Source of the DNA: Candidatus Binatia bacterium
GTDB taxonomy: Bacteria > Desulfobacterota > Binatia > UBA9968 > CAXXLF01
Assembly: GCA_963664015.2 (NCBI GenBank)
Contig: CAXXLF010000001.1
Location: forward strand, 1,024,001 to 1,088,000
Length of the DNA: 64,000 nt
Direction: 5' to 3'
Numbering within the stretch: the first letter of the stretch is position 1; the number at the start of each line of letters is the position of its first letter. Below are positions 59,104-64,000 of this stretch, one piece after another. Made by a program: the position numbers and the translations under genes. Below the pieces are notes generated by a model that was not told where the DNA came from, ran no database searches, and saw nothing but the letters and a program-made list of their open reading frames with translations.

Positions 59104-59682
59104 TTATATAAACTCTTTTCCGCCAGTTTGTCCAATCGCCCCATTTAATAAACGCGTCAGAGTCTGATTCTCATAAGTTATGCCTTTGATTATCTCTTTC
59201 CCTCGTGAAGAAAGCCGCCGATACCCCCAAACACAACGGCGTTTCGTTTCATCCCAGCCCTCGCGTTGGTAATACAGAGGCATATTGACATCAAAATAGG
59301 AAATACTATCAGCGTCCTTGAGCAGGTCGGAACGAGGGTCGCCGCCCACTTCATGAAGCGTTACAAGACGGCAAGCTTCTTCAGCAATGGGTTTGGCCAC
59401 TTGGCAATCATCCAAAATTTCCCGCAGAATCTTCGCCCCGTTTTGGGCATGCGCGGCTTTGAAGACATCATAATCGTCAAAATCGGAGCGGCGCGCCTTT
59501 CGCGCTTCCACTGCTCTGTCAATATCATGAGCGAGCGCGGCAATCTGCATGGCTGGATCAGCTGTGGGATCGAACTTAAAAAGCCATTCAAGCGTGTTAT
59601 CAGCATGGACAGGATCTTCTGGAACCTTGGAAGCGGCAATGACTTCCCGGATTTTCCGTTTGGCGCATTCGATCCTATCCAT
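59104..59682 (-). CDS. HD-superfamily protein (DUF4202-like)
   Basis: H..(EDPVHA)..ALAHDIDR..AAHA..LHE..DADSISYF. Start MDRIE overlaps the IPCT/DIPPS stop. Confidence 0.78.
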   Translation of the reverse strand: MDRIECAKRKIREVIAASKVPEDPVHADNTLEWLFKFDPTADPAMQIAALAHDIDRAVEARKARRSDFDDYDVFKAAHAQNGAKILREILDDCQVAKPIAEEACRLVTLHEVGGDPRSDLLKDADSISYFDVNMPLYYQREGWDETKRRCVWGYRRLSSRGKEIIKGITYENQTLTRLLNGAIGQTGGKEFI

Positions 59683-60997
59683 GATCTCGGCAGACGATGA
59701 GACGGCGTATGGTTTCAAGGTTCATCATCACGGCGATCACCAGTAGCGTCCAAAAAGGTAGATGGAGCACAGCGCCGAGAAATATGATGAAGACACGAAT
59801 GTCCCGGCCCAGTCGGAGCCCTTTGCCTTGGCGAATCTGGCGGCCCATCAGATGGTCGTATTTGTCCGCCGTGTAACTCAACAAAAAAGACCCAATGATC
59901 GCCAGGAAACCGACAAACAGGACAAGGCCTTCTGTCCTATCCGCGTAAGCGTGCCAGGTGAGGCCAAAAAGAAGGAATGCGTCAGAATAGCGGTCCAGTA
60001 CGGCATCCAACCATTTCCCGTAGTCGCTGCTTTGGAACTTGAGTCGTGCCACTTCGCCATCGCAGCCGTCGATCACCGAGGCGAATTGCGCGAGAACCCC
60101 ACCCAGGAAAAGAGCCAAATAACTGCCAAGGGAGAGCAGAACGGCAGCCAGTATTGAAAACAGGACAGAAAATAGAGATATCTGATTTGGGGTGATGGAA
60201 TAATTTACCAGTCGGCGGGAAATTCTTATGGACAAAGGCCGGTTTAAAAAACGGGCAATCGGACCGTCGTGGGTCTTCCCCCGTAGGTTGGCCAAAAGGG
60301 CGTTTTCCGCGCGTCGGAAAGCTTCCGGATCATCCACATCGATCCAGAACTGACCGTTTATGTCGACCGCATTGACCAGCCCATGGGTGGCCAGCTCCCG
60401 CACGGCTCCAGAAAGGGAAGTATCGCTGGTTTCTTCCGCACACCGTTCCAAGGTCGTGAAAATGGCGGGAGTGCATACGAAAAGACCGGTATCAAATCCA
60501 TTATATTCCTTTATGTTTTTACCGATATCCCGGATCTTCCCCCCTTCGGTCTTTACCCGAGTGACATCCTCCAAGTCGACCAGGGGGTTGCTCCTGTTTC
60601 CATCCACGCCGAGGGCAATTCCCCCATCGGCTAATGAAAACTCGATCAACTTTCGGACAATAGACGGATCAAAGAGGTGATCCGCCATCAGCAACAAAAA
60701 GGGTTCGTACAGGCAGTCCCGCGCCTTGAGTACCGAAAGGCCGTTTTCTTTTTCCCAATCCTCGTTAACGATGGTGGTGATGCCAATACCGAGACGTTCA
60801 GCCAAGCGATCGAGAAAAACGCGAACGCCCTCTCCCTGGTAACCGATGACAACAAAAAAGTCATCCGCTCCAGCCTCAATGGCACAGCGGATGATTCGTT
60901 CGATTAAAGGGATGCCAAAAAGTGGAATGAGGGGCTTGCTATCGCCCCTACTCCGAAGACGATGGCCTTTGCCTGCGGCAATAATTAGACACTTCAT
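59675..60997 (-). CDS. Bifunctional inositol-1-phosphate cytidylyltransferase / CDP-alcohol phosphatidyltransferase (IPCT/DIPPS)
   Basis: N-terminal NTP-transferase (IIAAGKGHRL..SKPL, ENGLS, MADH, FDTGLF, WIDVD) fused to CDP-OH transferase (TPNQIS, DGCDGEVAR..YG.WLD.VLDR); adjacent to ino1. Confidence 0.88.
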   Translation of the reverse strand: MKCLIIAAGKGHRLRSRGDSKPLIPLFGIPLIERIIRCAIEAGADDFFVVIGYQGEGVRVFLDRLAERLGIGITTIVNEDWEKENGLSVLKARDCLYEPFLLLMADHLFDPSIVRKLIEFSLADGGIALGVDGNRSNPLVDLEDVTRVKTEGGKIRDIGKNIKEYNGFDTGLFVCTPAIFTTLERCAEETSDTSLSGAVRELATHGLVNAVDINGQFWIDVDDPEAFRRAENALLANLRGKTHDGPIARFLNRPLSIRISRRLVNYSITPNQISLFSVLFSILAAVLLSLGSYLALFLGGVLAQFASVIDGCDGEVARLKFQSSDYGKWLDAVLDRYSDAFLLFGLTWHAYADRTEGLVLFVGFLAIIGSFLLSYTADKYDHLMGRQIRQGKGLRLGRDIRVFIIFLGAVLHLPFWTLLVIAVMMNLETIRRLIVCRDHG

Positions 60998-61022
60998 ATA
61001 GGCTTCAACCTTGGTTTAGACT

Positions 61023-62192
61023 TTATGATACCAAATCTGGAGACGCCCCCAGCCCAAGTTCCTCCTTTATGCGCAGGACGCCCTTGACCTGAACAAGCTG
61101 GGTTCCTTGTATGAAACGCTCAACCATTTGAAATGCCTCATCATCAGCGACTTGGTGGAGGGGATGTTTACAGAAATAAGCTGAAGGGGCAAAAAGGACT
61201 CCGCCTTGTCCCCGGTTCAACGCCAGTTTTGTACAACGTATGGAGTCGATGACGACTCCGGCGGAATTAGGCGAATCCTCTACGGAAAGCCGAAGCTCGA
61301 TATTCATGGGTATATCGCCGAAGAGTTTACCTTCCATCCGAAGAAAACAGATTTTATTATCTTTTTGCCAAGGCACATAATCACTGGGGCCAATATGGAT
61401 ATTGTCGTCGGCCAGCCGCTTGGCGGTGACGGCCTGAACGGCTTCCGTTTTGGATTTTTTCTTCGAGGCCAGGCGATGTCGGTTGAGCATATTGAGAAAA
61501 TCGGTGTTACCGCCGGTATTGAGTTGGTAGGTCCGTTCCAGCTTGACACCACGCTTCTTAAACAAGTCGGTCAGTACGCGGTGGGTAATGGTCGCCCCAA
61601 CCTGTGACTTGATGTCATCACCGACAATGGGAACATTCTTTTCCTCAAAACGCTTGGCCCATACGGGGTCGCTGGCGATAAATACCGGTATATTGTTGAT
61701 AAATGCAACATTGGCTTCCAACGCGCAATCCACATAAAATCGGGTAGCTTCTTCTGAGCCTACCGGTAGATAATTGATGAGAATTTCCGCACCCGAATCT
61801 TTGAGAGCTTGGACGACTTCTTCTTTAGTAGGCTCCGGTTTGTCGGCAAGAACAAAAACGTTTTTATCATCATAATCGTTCATATGATCCGGAAAACCGT
61901 CCAGAACTTTACCCATCCTTACAAGGATTTCGGAGGGTGGAACGTCGGGATAGAAAACCGTAGTACAATTTGGTTTGGAAAAAATTGCTTGATGGACGTC
62001 GACCCCAACCTTTCGTTCATCGATATCAAAGGCTGCAACAACCTGGATATCCTCTGGTTTGTACCCCCCAATTTCATGATGCATCAGGCCGATTATATCT
62101 TGAGGATCTTTATCCCTGTAATAGTAGATTCCTTGAATCAGGGAACTGGAACAGTTTCCAACACCAATCAAGGCAATTTTTATTTTTTCCAT
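61023..62192 (-). CDS. ino1: Myo-inositol-1-phosphate synthase
   Basis: IGVGNCSSSLIQG, NYLPVGSE, GDDIKSQVGAT, YQLNTGGNTDFLNM, SKKKSKT, VEDSPNSAG. Confidence 0.95.
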   Translation of the reverse strand: MEKIKIALIGVGNCSSSLIQGIYYYRDKDPQDIIGLMHHEIGGYKPEDIQVVAAFDIDERKVGVDVHQAIFSKPNCTTVFYPDVPPSEILVRMGKVLDGFPDHMNDYDDKNVFVLADKPEPTKEEVVQALKDSGAEILINYLPVGSEEATRFYVDCALEANVAFINNIPVFIASDPVWAKRFEEKNVPIVGDDIKSQVGATITHRVLTDLFKKRGVKLERTYQLNTGGNTDFLNMLNRHRLASKKKSKTEAVQAVTAKRLADDNIHIGPSDYVPWQKDNKICFLRMEGKLFGDIPMNIELRLSVEDSPNSAGVVIDSIRCTKLALNRGQGGVLFAPSAYFCKHPLHQVADDEAFQMVERFIQGTQLVQVKGVLRIKEELGLGASPDLVS

Positions 62193-62445
62193 ATATTAAC
62201 TCCTTTAGGCAAAAATGCCTTTAAATTCCTCCAGATAATGAGAAAACAGGTGCCTTGTAAAGAGAATTATGAACCGACTGCAACATCAAAGACCACGGTT
62301 CATTAAACCTAATGTCCTAGGTATTTATGGAGAGGGAACAAAAGCCCTCACCTATGACGCATTTCTTGAAGGGGTTTTGAGTATAGCAAGTCCAATTGAA
62401 TTATGAAAGCTCTCTTTGACTGCCCCAAGGGCTCGATCCTAGTTG

Positions 62446-63557
62446 CTATTTCCGATTACCAAATTCGGTCTGAATCGATAACTTACGCACTACCGCATTG
62501 GCGATCTCCTCAACGTCCGGTCGCTCTGTCTGCCGCGGTTCGGCCAGGCCCTGGATGATCTCACCCTGCCGCCTGCTTCCGACCTCTCCGTAGCTGTAGA
62601 ACGTCGTCAAGACACCCTCGTGCCCAAGATTCTGGCTCCAAGCTTTGAATTGCTCTGGCGTCCGGCAGACCATCTCACCGAGTCGGACAAGCGTCCTCCG
62701 CAGGCTGTGCGGATTAAAGTACGGCAGCTTGGCAGCGTGGAATGCCTCGCGAAAGATCCTGCGGATGGATGCTGCACTGCTCCAATGCTCACGTTTTAGG
62801 CCAGCGGCCTCGAACTGCTTGGCCGCGTTTAGGACCATGTCTGTTGCCGGGAAAATCGGATCATCAGTCCCCCAAAGCTTGACTTCCCGCAGGTAGTTCA
62901 CCCAGTCCACGACTATCTTGCTAATTTCTTCCCCGACGGTAAAGAAGAAGGTGGTGAAGGTCTTGCTGAATTTGGTTTTCACTTCACGGGCGTCCTGGTA
63001 GACGATTCCGGCCACCAAATCAACGTGCTTCAACTTCATTGATGCGATGGCGCTGTCCCGTGCCCCAGTAAGGAGGGTGAAAGCGACAAGGGCACGATTT
63101 CGCTGCTGGATCTCAGAGTCGTTCGGCATCTTCGCAATGACGTGCTTAATCTGCTCCATGGTCGGGAAGTGTTTTTCGCTACGTGCCGTCGCAATCCGCG
63201 AGTCTTTGTCGGATAGGTTGAAATAGTCCGCGTCGGAATACCCGAAACGGGACCTGTAGCCCGGTTGGCCACCAGCCATTGAAAGAACCGTTTGAGGTGA
63301 GCGAGCGTGGCATGAAGCGTCGCTTTGCTGAGCTTCTCACCAGTCACCATGCTTTGTTGATCCGCCAAGCGCTTCTTGAAGGCAATGGCCTGCTCGAAGT
63401 GAAACGCTTTGAAATCGCGGTACCCGGCATCGGCCTCAAACCGCGAGAGCGCTTTGGCAACAGCATCTACCGTTGGTTCGCTGTGGCGCTTGGGTTCCTT
63501 CAGGTACGTGAAATATTGTCGCTTGACCCGTTCGTTACCGGCATTGTGCTCTGCCAT
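62446..63557 (-). pseudogene. Tyrosine recombinase/integrase, split by a single frameshift near 63270
   Basis: N-part MAEHNAGNERVKRQYF..RFFQWL joins C-part GQPGYRSR..TGARDSA..KTK..HSLRR..LGH..SYG, with R-K-H-R-H-Y all present. Confidence 0.85.
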
Positions 63558-63613
63558 GGCTTGCTGCCTCCTGTCTCAAGTCACTATTCACGGAGGGTTA
63601 AGTCCTCTCTCCT

Positions 63614-63893
63614 AATACGATGCCACAGAACGATCTCAGCAATAAAGAGGCGTCATGATTTCCAACCAACCAAAAACCCGTGGATGGCCCTACCGGCCAG
63701 GAGCACCCCATATCCGTGGATTCGACACCTCACAGCTATACAGAGAGGACGCCCTGGAACGGATAAGGTACCTCGCAAATCAGGTTCGCGCGTCGCAGCG
63801 TAGGGTTGAGAAGATAGAGAGTATGCTGCCTGAGAGGGAGAAACGGAATAGGAAGTTAAAAGAACAGATTAAGGCTGTCGATCAGCTTCAGCA
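63614..63893 (+). repeat. ~280-bp direct repeat, copy 2
   Basis: Matches 58230-58508. Confidence 0.92.
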
Positions 63894-63948
63894 ACAAACT
63901 GGGTCCATAAGAACGTCACCAAGAATTAACACTTCTTTCTTCCCGTGA
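63655..63948 (+). CDS. Hypothetical coiled-coil protein inside the repeat
   Basis: 97-aa ORF, GAGG RBS; heptad-like C-terminal half. Confidence 0.45.
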   Translation: MISNQPKTRGWPYRPGAPHIRGFDTSQLYREDALERIRYLANQVRASQRRVEKIESMLPEREKRNRKLKEQIKAVDQLQQQTGSIRTSPRINTSFFP

Positions 63949-64000
63949 CTCCAGTGCTTGAGTTGGCGTTCGCACTGGAGAGCGTCGATTTTGGACTGAT
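63888..64000 (-). CDS. GIY-YIG nuclease (YazA/YhbQ-like), 3' end only
   Basis: Manual translation QSKIDALQCERQLKHWSHGKKEVLILGD matches the A..RE.QLK.WS..KK..LI motif. Confidence 0.7.
   Translation of the reverse strand, partial: QSKIDALQCERQLKHWSHGKKEVLILGDVLMDPVCC

Noticed and set aside
1-64000. CRISPR array, rRNA, or defence system
   Set aside because: No regularly spaced repeats, cas genes, rRNA-like segments or recognisable defence genes seen.

Overview
Bacterial chromosomal window. The gene content resembles Deltaproteobacteria/Binatota-like organisms, but that assignment is inference only. 1-16.3 kb is core housekeeping: dxr(5' part)-cdsA-uppS-frr-pyrH-tsf-rpsB, rho, rluD, ribF, the tol-pal cluster, pgk-tpiA-secG and tRNA-Leu(GAG). 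A ~6 kb degenerate island follows, integrated at the tRNA-Leu anticodon loop. It has a broken tyrosine integrase, a Rieske dioxygenase alpha/beta pair, an ABC binding protein and permease, and attR at 22333-22352, which abuts a frameshifted, TIR-flanked HUH/RAYT element. A short core block comes next (yggT, yggS, slt, PuuD-like). 27.3-57 kb is a paralog-rich aromatic/N-heterocycle catabolic region: 3 UbiD, 4 bicupins, 3 signal-peptide-less TAXI-fold proteins, 3 VOC proteins, a Mo-hydroxylase large subunit, a NicF-like amidohydrolase, a CarAa/OxoO-type Rieske oxygenase and a meta-cleavage hydrolase. It also holds three genes the ORF track misses or truncates: a UGA/SECIS selenoprotein peroxiredoxin, a 55-aa Zn-ribbon protein behind a UbiD, and a 27-aa membrane peptide with a sigma54-like promoter. 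The last 6 kb is an element with a tmRNA/tRNA-Ala-type att site, bracketed by a 280-bp direct repeat. It carries ino1 - IPCT/DIPPS - HD-domain protein, that is, a di-myo-inositol-phosphate-type pathway with a candidate new phosphatase, plus a frameshifted integrase.
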